Assembly (NCBI GenBank): GCA_964035545.1
Contig: OZ037765.1
Span: forward strand, 34,682,080-34,746,079
DNA from: Bugula neritina
Taxonomy: Eukaryota; Animalia; Bryozoa
Direction: 5' to 3'
Length of the DNA: 64,000 nt
A model generated the notes under the pieces. That model ran no database searches, was not told the origin of the DNA, and saw only the letters and a program-made list of their open reading frames with translations. Below, one piece after another: positions 26,583-45,243 of this stretch (position 1 is the first letter of the stretch; each line of letters begins with the position of its first letter). A program made the position numbers and the translations under genes.

Positions 26583-29500
26583 TCAAGTCTGGTTGATTTT
26601 CTCCAACACGTTACAACTCTGCAACTCCATGTTGGTAGCCAACTCGTAAGCGTAACCATCATTCCTTGACTTAGCTTTCCACTTCAATGTGTTTCCTGTG
26701 AAAACAAAATCTAAGGTGATGCTGCTATGAGAGTCATGAATGGACAGATATATTAACAAAAATAGTAGCCTAACAGGTTTACAGTTGTGTATTGCTACAG
26801 TATTCTTGACGACCAGGAGATGTTACGGAGGAAATATCGGGGCTTATGCTGTGCTACGGATAAACACTCTTACATGAAATAAACACTTACGTTTAGACTT
26901 CTCCTTTGCACAGTCTTTGACTAGACTATTGTATCTAGAATGTTCTATTTCCCTCTCCACGCTGTCTATAAATGACTTGGTATATTTCTGTGAGAAATCC
27001 GGAGAAACGTAGTACAACAATTTGAAGTTCTTGGTTTCACGGCGCTGGGAATATTTCCTGGAAAAAGGGTTATATCAAAGGCTAAGATGACAACTTCATA
27101 ATAAATATTCTATACGACTATACAGTGTATAAAGAATTATCTTCTCTTAGTAGACAATATGAGTATCAGATGTACAAGTATAATATTCTATTTAGACTTA
27201 CGAAGACTGGTGGATACTATATGGCTGCTCCGTCACAAATATTAGACTAGCTAGTGAGACTGCGACTAGAATGATGATGGGTGTTAGCTGTAGCAACAAC
27301 TGTGGCGCACTCTACAACAGACAACACGCGCTAGTTGATATACACAATCAAGGAGAAATTTAGTATTCCAATTGAGAGTTGTGTTTCCTCTCACCTCACT
27401 GTTGACGTGGTGGTGACGTCTGAACGTGTGAGCTGTAGGGTCGGTGGTCGTATGCGTAGTTCTAACTACAATGAACCAATAGCATCAGTTGTTACAAGTA
27501 TACTAAAAGCACCATTGGTTGACTATAGCCCGTGAAGTTACAGTCCACAGTACACTATATTTAAGAACCGCAGCTATAACGCTCATCAAATCAGAATTTT
27601 ACAACAGTCAAATTATGAAGTGCTTAGGGGCATATTACTCCCCTCCCCCCTATATAAGATGCAGAACTTGGCTAGAATAAATCTGACAACACAGCTCAGC
27701 CCTCACTTCTCGGAACTGGTTTCAAATCACGTTAAAAAAATATTTCTCAGCTCAAAGTAACAGAAAAGCATATATGCTTTTAATATGCTAAGCTATACGC
27801 TGTAACCAGATTCTAGCTGATAACACCTACTCAGGTTAATGTATGCAGACCACAAATATAGTAATTGCAAAGTCTGAAAAACGTTTTACAAAAAGCAAAA
27901 GTGGAAGGAAAAGCAACAGGAGAAGTTGCTGAACCAGAAAAGCGCCCGAACTGTGAAAGGAGCAAGCTGGCCAACACCACCACAACCATAACTACCGAAA
28001 CACCCAGTAGATGTAAACATGCAGCCACGAGTATTACCTGCTGCCGTTGTTTACACTACAAACATGGCTGAACTTATATACTCACTGCAGTTCAGGTTGA
28101 AACACTTTCAAAACAAAACAAAATTATCAACAGCAACTTTCTTTGTGTTAAATACAGAAGAATGACTCACTGAAACTGCCAAGTTTTTATAAAAAGTTGA
28201 GTCAATATAAAACGTTTATTTGATAATATTTGAAAGCTGACAAGCCTATGTGTGTGTGTGTGTGTGTGCGCGCGCGACACGTAACATCTCTGAAAAGGAG
28301 ACAACTCTAAATTAAACTAATATATACGACTATTGACAGTATGTAATCAGTTTGCAGCATACAACACTGAACACACATACCATAGATATACACTTACTGT
28401 AAGTATACAATACACTTACTGTAAGTACACAGTACACATACTGTAAGTACACAGTACACTTACTTCGGGTAAAAGCAGCACCAAAAAATGTGTTGAATAT
28501 TTCATCAGCTGAATGATCTGACTCAAATCCCCGAGAATAACTCCACTGGCTCCGCCCCTCTTTGTAGCATGTCTGGTCTTTACCTGCGAAGTCACTGTCT
28601 TTACCTGCGAGGTCATATTTTTGTCTCTTTACAGGGTCACTCAGCACCGAGAAAGCGTTACCTATGGCTGCAACACAAACTAAACTCTCTACATCATGTC
28701 CTAACAGATGACATCACAACAGATACACATGACATCACAACAGATACATATGACATCACAACAGACACACGCATATCTGCTGCCAGCATCACCTTTGAAA
28801 GCCTCGGCAGCACAGGGAGCCTGGTTCTTATCTGGATGAAACTGGAGGGCCAGTTTCCTGTAACTCCTCTTCACTTCCTTCCCGTCAGCGTGCTGACTCA
28901 CTCCCAGTATCTCGTAATAGTTCCGGCATCTTTTTATTCTGTGCACAAGATAAAACATCACAGTATTAAGATTATTTGCTAGATTTTCTATCATAAGACA
29001 GTATTAAATTTATTACTAAATGAAGACACACTATAGGGTCTCTTTTTTCACAATAATTTGTAAACAGCCAGAAAAATAAAGTTAAATTTTTATACAAATT
29101 CGGCTATGAAAATATATTTCCAGCTAATGGCTACCTTTCAACTCTATACATTTACTAAATGCAAGTAAATATGGAGTTGTCTCTCTCTTTAATTAGCATT
29201 CTGGTTACTATAGTTACCTATTGACTGCGTCTACTTGTTCCTTGGTATAGTTGACTGACTCATGGTGATCATGTGACACATCACCATTGCCGAGTATATC
29301 ATGAGATTGAGTGGGTTTCGCTGAGGCTGGTGTCCTACCCAGTCCATTAATTCTCTCTATCAGGGCTACAATCGTGTGGGAATCTAATAGCACAGTCTTT
29401 TTACATTTCCAACTTGCATACAAAATATTTGCAGCACAACAAAAAAACTACAAAAGGTAACAGACAGGAAAAATAATAAAAAACAAAAAATAAATTTTAT

Positions 29501-29654
29501 TTTTGCACGAATAAGTCTTACACTGCGCATCAGCAGAAGAATAAAGCTTTTGAGATTTGAGAGCAAACCTCAGAGCTTTGTCTTTGTCACCGTTGAACAG
29601 GTGCTTCTTAGCTAGTTCTAGACACCTTCTACTCTCATCTTTGTTGTATTCCAT
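26583..29654 (-). CDS. DNAJB12: ER-membrane J-protein DNAJB12/DNAJB14 (J domain, TM segment, DUF1977)
   Basis: Eight exons: 29654-29522, 29365-29218, 28938-28793, 28667-28464, 27465-27395, 27311-27202, 27057-26891, 26695-26583. Motifs [18 protein letters not shown]...[22 protein letters not shown] and [17 protein letters not shown]. Confidence 0.93.
28390..28463. repeat. 22-bp repeat starting at the DNAJB12 exon 4 donor
   Basis: Transcribed strand (GTAAGTGTACTGTGTACTTACA) x about 3.5. Confidence 0.85.
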
Positions 29655-30902
29655 AGCACCTATAACATAGCTAACAGGTGTACAGTGTACTATTTCTCTA
29701 CTCTACCTAACGTACAACTAGAATCTTTATCTGGAGTCTTCTCCTCGAGTTGGAGGCTATGCTTCAGGACAATTGAAGAATATTATATAAAACAATTATT
29801 TGTTAAAATTAGGTATACTATAACTATAAGTATAACTATTAGCATATCCCTGACTGCAAAGGCACAAGTATAACTATTATAGTTAATATTATAGGAATTA
29901 GTTTACTCACCTCGTAAAAATTAGAACACCCTGCTAACACCTCTTATGTTGTTTTTGTTTGAGTTTATCATGTGTTGAAATGTATCTATTCTAGCATGTA
30001 GCCAAGTTTGGATATTTTAATTGTAATGTAAAGGGGTTTTAGCACATAGCTAAGCTTACTTTTACTTTTAGTATTTCATCCTATATGGATATCAAACTAA
30101 AAATAAAACTAAACACCAAAGCAAAAGTGCATCAAAATATTATATAATAATAATTTAAATATTAGACTGAATGAAAGTTAAGCTAAAAGTAGAACTAAAA
30201 ATAAATCAAAATGAAAATGTTTTAGTAAAACTACTTCTATGTGCAGGTATAGTTTCCACATCATTCAACAGAGAGAAAACTTGAAACCCTCTCCATCAGC
30301 CTCAGACTCACTCTCAACCCTCAGTATGAGCACGAATATCACTATCACGGAAGAGTCGGACTGACTCTCACTCTGAGACTTAGACTGAAGAGTCTTAAAC
30401 TTAAAGTTAGGTTAAATTAAAATTTAACGTAAAATAATGCGAGACATGAGCCTGAGGTTTAACAGGCCAAAGTACCAAATAGTGACTTTTCTGGGAGAAA
30501 GCTTAGGTTAGGACTAAAATCATATAATTGACACAACTATAAATTAAACTTATTTTACACAGACGTTACTGATTACTCGCATGATCATAATGACAATGAT
30601 AGCTATTTAGCTTGACATGACTTTAAATAGCTTATATAGTATTGTCTAAGGATATGGTTGAAAGTTAACGACCCAAATTATGATATGTTTTCCGTACAAA
30701 CTAATCGACACAGTCGGCTTTAAACGGCTTTTTCCCGACATTAAAAAGTCTATAGTTTCTACTACAATAACTGCTGTGTCAAGGTTTTATCCTACTGTGA
30801 CTTTGGAACTAATCGTTTTGAGTTTACTTGTGAGTCAAAAGCACAACCATGTTATAAGCCCGTTTCAACTTCATACTTCATAGTGTTCTTTAGAAAAATA
30901 AA

Positions 30903-33160
30903 ATGCATTCTATTGGCTTTGCCTTTCTTGTTGGAATAATATTTTTTGGTAGCGGTAAGTAGCAATTTAAAATTGTAACTCAGTCTGAGTTTTGCGTTTA
31001 GTTCAAGTCAGGCCTAAGTGGAATTCAAATTGAATACGACCTACTTACCATAACTATAAATTTAATTAGTAGTTGTGGTCACAAAACTACTGTTTTTTCA
31101 CTCTCGTTTGATTTTTTGTTATTTTTTTTTAAATACTACTACTTATATAATAATATTAATATAATTATTAATATTAATATGAATATGTTCATGTTGATGT
31201 TGAGTTTAACATAATCGATAATCATAATGATCAAATTAAATATTTTAAAGTTGATTAGAGAGCAGTCGTGGTTCAGGGGTTAGAGCGTTTGCTTAGCAAA
31301 CATAAAGTCATTGGTTGGAACCCTGACAAAGGCCATTGGTGATGTTAGGAAAGCATCCAGTCATAATTGCTCTTATGCCCCATCTGAATAATTATAAGTC
31401 CTTAGGCTTAGCCCGATTTAACAAAAAAAAAACTGTTCTATCAGGGATTTCTCACAGGGATAGCGACTATAAACATGCGTGAGTTTTTTCATCTTATAGT
31501 TAATTACTCGAAGTGATCATCACACTTGTCCGCCCTAGAGGGAGGAAGGGGTGTGCCGCATATGGTAATGTGTTGGACAGTCATTGGTCAAATGTCACAC
31601 AGTTACTGTTAGTACTTTTTGGGCTGTATTTACTGAACAGGAACTTAATCCTGTCTATGTGGAGATCTCTGAATTATTGCTAATTCTATGCCAACGTTGA
31701 TCAAGATGTTCATGTTGATGTTCTTATAGTTATTATACTTGAACAATTTCATATTGATTCACTTTGGTTTTCTTTTAGATGTTCAAATCATATTTATATT
31801 ACCATTGTCACTTTGTGATTTTCGGTTATTATTGTCATAGTGGGAGTTCCAAGCTTTGCCTCTTGTTGTCGGAGTCACAGTGACCATGGTTTTTTTTATT
31901 TTCAAAGAATTTATTCAAATTGTTTTAGTCCTAAATTTGTGTCATCATACTTATCTAGTCACTACAACTATTAGTTTCGTAATTATTTTCATAATCATAA
32001 ACTCAAATGTTTTTATGTCTAAAAGTATCTCAATTTAAATTTTAATTGCAATACTAGGTTTTTAATTGGTGAACTCTTAAGTTAGCAATGACGTATAAAA
32101 ACTTAGTAACTATGAAGCTGGCCGTACTGAATCTAGTATGGTTTTGTGAAAACCTAAAGTATTGTTTTAACCATTATATCATTTGTACAAATTTGAATTA
32201 TATGCACTTTCAGTGAAAATAGTATGACCAGGAAAGAGCTTTTTCATTTGAAAATAATGTGTATTTGTAGTGATCAATGCCCTAAATATTGCGTATTTGT
32301 AGTAAGCAGTGCCCTGAATATTGCGTATTTGTAGTGATCAATGCCCTGAATATTACATATTCGTAGTGATCAATGCCCTGAAATGTTGCGTATTTGTAGT
32401 AAGCAATGCCCTGAATATTGCGTATTTGTAGTAAGCAATGCCCTGAAATGTTACCAATGTTCCTCCGAAGATGACCCGGAGTGTATGGAGAACTTTGATA
32501 CTGGCAATGAAGAAAGATTTCTCAAATCAACGGAGTGCGAAGTTAACGCTGCCAGATATTGTATTAAAACTACTGGCATTTTTGGAGGTAGGTTGAGAGG
32601 ATATTTCAGCATGACTGGAATTTGTTGTTTGATTTCTTATTTTAGTAACTTTCAACAAAGAAATGTAAGAATTTTTGTGGTTAAGAAATGAGCAGTCACT
32701 TAGATTTATCACTGATTGTTATAATTTTTATGCCTTATTCTAACATCTCTCTATTTTCTTCTTTTTTGTATGAACACTATACTTTAACAGAAATATAAAC
32801 TCTTTTACAAAAGCTACTAGTAGTACAAAATATTTTTATAGTTGTATTTTGATGATAAAATAAATACCAATACTACTGTCACCTAATAATACATGCTGTG
32901 GTAAAACTATAAATGCCATTGTACCACAGAGCCTCTATAATAGAAACTGTGTTTCAGGAGTTGTTGGTACACGGCGTTTCTGTTCTTCAAGAGATTTGTA
33001 CAATGCCTGTCAGTACATCACCTACCCTGACCATGACCGAGTGTACAGGGCGTGTGTATTCACCTGCCGTAATGATGACTGCAATGCCAGTTCAACATCG
33101 ACCTGGTCTATGGTTGCACTAGTGTTCTCCTTTATATTTCTTAGCATATTTCTCTACTGA
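30903..33160 (+). CDS. GPI-anchored Ly6/uPAR three-finger protein, boudin-like
   Basis: Exons 30903-30954 (signal peptide), 32432-32587 (LKCYQC...C...YCIKTTGIFG) and 32958-33160 (GTRRFCSSRDLYNACQY...YRACVFTCRNDDCN plus a hydrophobic GPI tail). The motifs resemble Drosophila Boudin. Confidence 0.88.
31260..31485 (+). mobile_element. tRNA-derived SINE copy 1 (Meta-SINE-like core)
   Basis: A-box-like TGGTTCAGGGG and B-box-like GGTTGGAACCC, then core GGTGATGTTAGGAAAGCATCCAGTC. Homologous over about 200 bp to 34650-34857. Confidence 0.75.
32260..32450. repeat. 32-bp repeat, 6 copies, duplicating the Ly6 exon 2 acceptor
   Basis: Unit TATTTGTAG|TAAGCAATGCCCTGAATATTGCG. Confidence 0.9.
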
Positions 33161-33667
33161 TAGTTACAAGTATTACTGTGTATATAAGTTAATATTTACC
33201 AACAGTTACTATGCCTTTGCTGAATATTACTCTACCCATGCATTCCAGTTACAGAGACATTCCGATTATCTTTATATTTTACCTATGATCTAGTTTTTAC
33301 CAATATCGAATATACTGTTTTTCAAGAAAAACACTTGTGCTTTATTTGATCTTTGCCTTACTTGCAATGTGGTTAGATAACTCCAATATGACTGAAAGCA
33401 ATAAACTAACATTTCTAGCAACAGTTTACAAGCATAGAGCCTCCTCCAACCAGTTCTGTTCTGATTAAAATACTTATATTCTGTTGAAGAAAAATTTTAT
33501 TCATTTCCGTTTCAATTACATCTACTAATCACCTCACGCACACGCACTTCTTTGGTAATATAAGTTCACATTATTAAAGTCCAAGAACATAGACTGCAGG
33601 GTGTGAGTTAGACAATAGAGTTGTTTTATTGAGGTGTTGAACAGATACAAGTCTAAATGATAAACAA

Positions 33668-35607
33668 CTATGCCTTGTATGCACGACTGGGTCTTCTACC
33701 TCTGGCCATCTCAAACTTTCGTCCCTTGGCTCTCTTATAGGGCCTGAAATAGACAGAATACAAGTTAAATAGACAGTGCAACAGCTGAACCTGACTCAAT
33801 AGTTGAATGACACAGCACAAGGCTGGGACTGGAGGCACCACAACACGTACTTAGCGTGACTGCCAGGAACTCCTGGAGCTGGGCCAAAGTGTCTCACAGC
33901 CTCTCTGTTCGTCCTCACTCCCTGGATGAGCACACAGTGCTGTCCCTTGGGTGACCTCAGGGCCAGCTGATCAAACGTGATGATCTCTCCGCCTGCTTCT
34001 AAAATCCTGGACCTGGCACCATCAGTGACTCTCAGAGCACACACCTACAACCAGCAGAGTAACGTACACTAGCACAGAGTAACGTACACTAGCACAGAGT
34101 AACGTACACTAGCACAGAGTAACGTACACTAGCACAGAGTAACGTACACTAGCACAGAGTAACGTACACTAGCACAGAGTAACGTACAATACGACTATTA
34201 CCACAGCCCTCTTACCTTGAGTTTGGGAATTTTGAACATTCTGACATCATCTGTGATTGTGCCAACAACAACTGCAGTCTTCCCATCTCGACCTCCTCTG
34301 GACATGTTCTTGGCCAGTCTAGATACGGACATTGGCGGTCGGTGAATTCGGCTCATGAACAGCCTTCGAAGAACCACCTTGTTGAACTTGGCGTTAGTTC
34401 TACGGGCAAGGAATCTGTAGAGCTGCAAACACAAGTTTCACCATCTCAAGACAAGAACTAACGACTCCCAAGTCCTCATATATGGGAATATCACACTCGA
34501 CTGCTAACTTGTCCAGCATGGCTTAACCAGTTATTACAAGAAAAAATAGATATTGCGTTTCGTATTGTCCCAGCTATTATTGATATTCTTCGAACTCATC
34601 CTAGCCATAACATCTTACAACAATTCTAGTTTTAATTATTCAGGCGAAAAACTCGGTCTAGGGGTTAGAATATTTGCTTAGTAAACTTGAAGTCATGGGT
34701 TGCAGCCCGACAACGGCTACTGGTGATGTTAGGAAGAGCATCCAGTCAATTGCTCCTGTGCCCAATCTGAACAAGTCTTTGAGCCGATTTAACAAAATAG
34801 AAACCTTTAAATCAGGGGTTTCTCACAATAGTGACTATAAACTTCCGTGTATGAGTATGCAATGAGAATTCACACACTTTAGTTGCAACTTAGGCTTAAC
34901 ATTGATTAAGTTTCAAAATATTATTTTTACTAGTAAGTGTAACAATAGCACTAGTAGTACAACTACAGCTTAATGTTATTAAGAGTACTATTACATGACA
35001 AATATCACTCCATAGTCAATGTGGTTCTGAATAGCAACTTTGATCATCATGGCGACTCTAACTATTTTAATAACAATAGCAATTACTGTAAATTAAAACT
35101 ATTTTAATCATGTTGATACTAGAGTATGACAAATCACAATTAGTATTAATATAATAATAATAACATGTATGATAAATTAAAATTAACTCTAGAGTATTAA
35201 ACTAAGAGTTGCACATACTCTCACTCTATTTCTTGGTGATACTTATAGTTATTGATATTGGATCAATCATTTGATAAGTTTATGTTAAAAAGAAAACACT
35301 CACCTTCACCAAAAGGCGCAGATATACATCCTCACTTTTTGGCTCTGTCCTTCGGACCTTACGGTCATTTTTATGGTTTATGTCGATACCCTGAAATAGG
35401 AATATCAACACATAGGTAGTAAATGTAAGGAAATTCTTAAACAATAATGGTGAAGTCGTACGGGATAACCTCAGATGAAAAAAAATTCATGCAAATAAAA
35501 AAGCTCTTGAATTTTATATCTCGCAACTTTTCATTGCCAACAGTAAAAGATGGCTAACATAATTAAAGATTGCAAACTTGAATTGATTTAAATAGCATAC
35601 ACACCAT
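33668..35607 (-). CDS. RPL18: 60S ribosomal protein L18 (eL18), 188 aa
   Basis: Exons 35607-35605 (ATG), 35390-35304 ([29 protein letters not shown]), 34422-34216, 34044-33851 and 33743-33668. Confidence 0.97.
34055..34187. repeat. 20-bp repeat (AACGTACACTAGCACAGAGT) x about 6.5 in RPL18 intron 3
   Basis: Visible directly. Confidence 0.9.
34650..34857 (+). mobile_element. tRNA-derived SINE copy 2, antisense in RPL18 intron 2
   Basis: Aligns with 31260-31485: AGGGGTTAGA..TTTGCTTAG..GGTGATGTTAGGAAGAGCATCCAGTC..CCGATTTAACAAAA..TTTCTCACA..GACTATAAAC. Confidence 0.75.
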
Positions 35608-35633
35608 ATTGAGCTTAGACCGGAAAAGAGAGG
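35547..35633 (-). promoter_or_regulatory. RPL18 5'TOP/TCT start and intronic YY1 site
   Basis: The minus strand has CCTCTCTTTTCCGG just upstream of ATG|GT. AAGATGGC lies at 35547-35554 in intron 1. Confidence 0.65.
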
Positions 35634-37148
35634 TTTTTCTTGTCACACAGAAATCCTTTAGTTTATCGTAAATACGTAACAAGCCGTGGAGAACGCGGCT
35701 AAAAATTAGGCTAAATATTTTAATTCGATCGGAGTCGTCTTCTCAACACCAAGTTTGTCCGCGCACATAATAATATTATAATAACAATTATATTATAGTA
35801 ATGTTTTATACTACAGGTTTTGTTTCAGCAACTACAATTAAAATCTAGGTACTTACTATCCACATTCCTAACTATACTATTGATTCGTTAATATGCTTTA
35901 TTTTATCTGAGCAACACATAATCTATTAGTCCTCTGACATCACGTTAATACCTAAAACTACCTTTAAATTTTTGTGCTGCGCTCCTAGCAACATCTTTGC
36001 CCATATTTTACATGCAGCGCAGCTTCAGCTCTATACCACTAAAGTAATGCCCTACTGAAGAAGTGTGCGAAAGTCCATTCAATTTGGATCAGCCATGAAT
36101 TTTCACTAACATTTAAATATAATAGTTATAACTGCATTGAATGTCAGGAAGGACAATGTAGCAGCACTATTATTCCTATATGATATTTAAACTATACGCA
36201 GTGATTACTATTCACTTCTTCCACTGAAAGTGTAATACTAGGCATAGCATGCAAGTCCAACTAGTAGCTATTCTAGATGTTATTTCAAACTTTATATTCT
36301 ATTATTTCATATACACTTTATTCTGTTGTGATATTGTATAGTACACTTTAATATTATATAATCACACTAATTTTATGGTAAACTGTTATGTTCTTTGGTA
36401 TATTAGCATTATATATCGCAAGTTATTCCATTGTATATTATATATTACACTATGTTCTATTGTATATCATACAACATACTCTATTCTATTACATAAGAAG
36501 CAATAAGATGCCTCACTATACAACTTCAAATAGACCACTTGTCAGTAAATTACTTGTCATTTTATTTATTTCCGTATTTACAAATAATATGATGCAAAAT
36601 TTGATATTTCAATCCCTTTACACAAGAAGACAAAATGATAGGACAAGAACATCATCACCAATATGCAAGTAAATGTTTCATCTTACAAGAATTAAAAACT
36701 GATATAAAGAAATAATAGAGAAAATATTTGTTGTGCTGGAGTCGTCCCCTCACAAGTGTTACGAGTTATCAATTGGTTTTACTATAAACTTATCATTCAA
36801 TGAGACATTTGTATGCAGATTACCAAGTAGTTATGTGTTAGAGAGGGCAACTCCAGTGTATCTGTGACGGTATTACAACAGTGTAGAGTGCGTGTAGAAC
36901 AGCTATGATACAGGGACACACTTACACTACACGTACACTACACTTACAGTACACGTACCATACACTTACAGTACACGTACAGCACATGTGAAACTATCAA
37001 GATAATGTTAGTAAGAGATCGTATACAAGGTCATGACTTTACTGCTGACTGGGAATTGCTTCATGCGTACAACTATTGGAGTTTAGAATTTGCGCCATTT
37101 TGTTTGGGAATAGTGAGTCATGTGATATGTTGCACACGAGTAGCAGTT

Positions 37149-43819
<6,671 letters not shown>

Positions 43820-43883
43820 TTTATTGTATACGATTGTAAACTATCACTGGCAACAGTAGAAACAACTCGAACTACTTCCCAAT

Positions 43884-43893
43884 CAAAATGGCG
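43884..43893 (+). promoter_or_regulatory. YY1-type motif CAAAATGGCG at the PP1 promoter
   Basis: Lies about 65 bp upstream of the PP1 ATG, next to a CCAAT. Confidence 0.45.
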
Positions 43894-44699
43894 CAGGATG
43901 TTGCGAAATATGTGTCGGAAAAGACCTATCGGCAATAATGCAATTTGAGACTTTAAATCAGACCAAAGAGAAGACAACCAATAATATTTTTCATCGATTA
44001 TTACAACTTTGTCTGGGGCATTTCATAACCAAAAAGCAATTTTATAGCAAAGCCCCTAACTAATATAATATTAAGTCATCATTGGAAAGAGCTGCACTGA
44101 AAGTAAGTCGGCTCATACACTTGATGCAATATAATATACTGATGATTCAATCACTTTTAAAACTAAACAGGTTAGTCACAGCACCAAATAAAAACAGTTT
44201 AATTTATAATATGTTATGCATTAACTAAGCACTTCTGGCACTACAGATGGTATTCGATGAGGCAGTGATATAGGCTAATGCAAGTTGCATACGACAAAAG
44301 TCAACATTACATGAGGCATTATTGCTTTTTGCAGTGTTTTTGTGATTTTTATAGAATAAACATTTTATAATTTTTTTTAAGAGTTTCTTTACATAAATAG
44401 AACTATAAACTAGTGATGTAAATATGTGAACCTATCTACCAGCTCTTAAAATGTGGAATACAGCAAAATAACTCAAGGATTATGCATTGTGTTGTTTACT
44501 ATAATCAATGTTTCACATTTGCATCTTAGAATTTCATTTGCAATCTTTAGCTAAACTTGATGCTTGAAAAATTAGAGTTGTCTTAAGCTGCAACATTCAA
44601 ATAAAACTTTGGATATTTTCCTATATAAATAATACAAACATTGACTGTACACAAACAAGTAAAATACAAAATGAATCACGCACAGAATAAATCAGTGGC

Positions 44700-44775
44700 A
44701 TATGAGTCATGCTACAACATGAGTCATACTACAACATGAGTCATACTACAACATGAGTCATACTACAACATGAGT
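44700..44775. repeat. 17-bp repeat (CATGAGTCATACTACAA) x4 in the GEMIN7 3'UTR
   Basis: Starts just after the stop codon. Confidence 0.85.
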
Positions 44776-44781
44776 GATGAG

Positions 44782-45243
44782 TCAGGGACTGCTGCCCCCT
44801 GACTCGTGTATAGTCAGAGCTATGATGTCACTAGCTCGTAGCAGCGCCGACTTGTACATTTCCCCAGTGGGAGTCTTGAGATCTTCTACTATGTATTCAC
44901 AGCCGTGGATGTCAGCCGTGTTGAATGTACAGGAGAGATTTGTAGACTCGTACATGTTCACAGTGCACGCCTTACCACCTGAATGCTTCACCACTCTCAG
45001 GTACCTCTCTCTTAGCTCAGCACGCCGGGTCTAGGGGAAGGCAAACAACTCTTAAACTATCATACTAATTGTACAATAAAACTAACATATAAATCTACAT
45101 TAAAGCAAGTTTTAAATAATTAGAGAAACACTGCATATTAAAGTCATAAGCAATGACTATGTGAATCAACTAAACTGTTTCAGATGTACCTGAGTAGAAG
45201 TGAGCTCATCCTTAGCAGATTGCTGATCATTCTCACTTGTCAT
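44782..45243 (-). CDS. GEMIN7: Gem-associated protein 7 (SMN complex, Sm-like fold), about 100 aa
   Basis: Exons 45243-45190 and 45030-44782. RAELRERYLR...D...VEDLKTPTG...ALLRASDII matches the Gemin7 pattern RAxLRERYLR...LQTPIG...ALLRxSDII. Confidence 0.85.

Noticed and set aside
31260-31335. tRNA gene
   Set aside because: Degenerate A/B boxes without a cloverleaf, continuing into a SINE body.
24946-35604. Intronic snoRNAs in RPL34 and RPL18
   Set aside because: Isolated C-box-like words (e.g. GTGATGA near 25396) have no suitably placed CTGA or terminal stem. A covariance-model search would be needed to exclude them fully.
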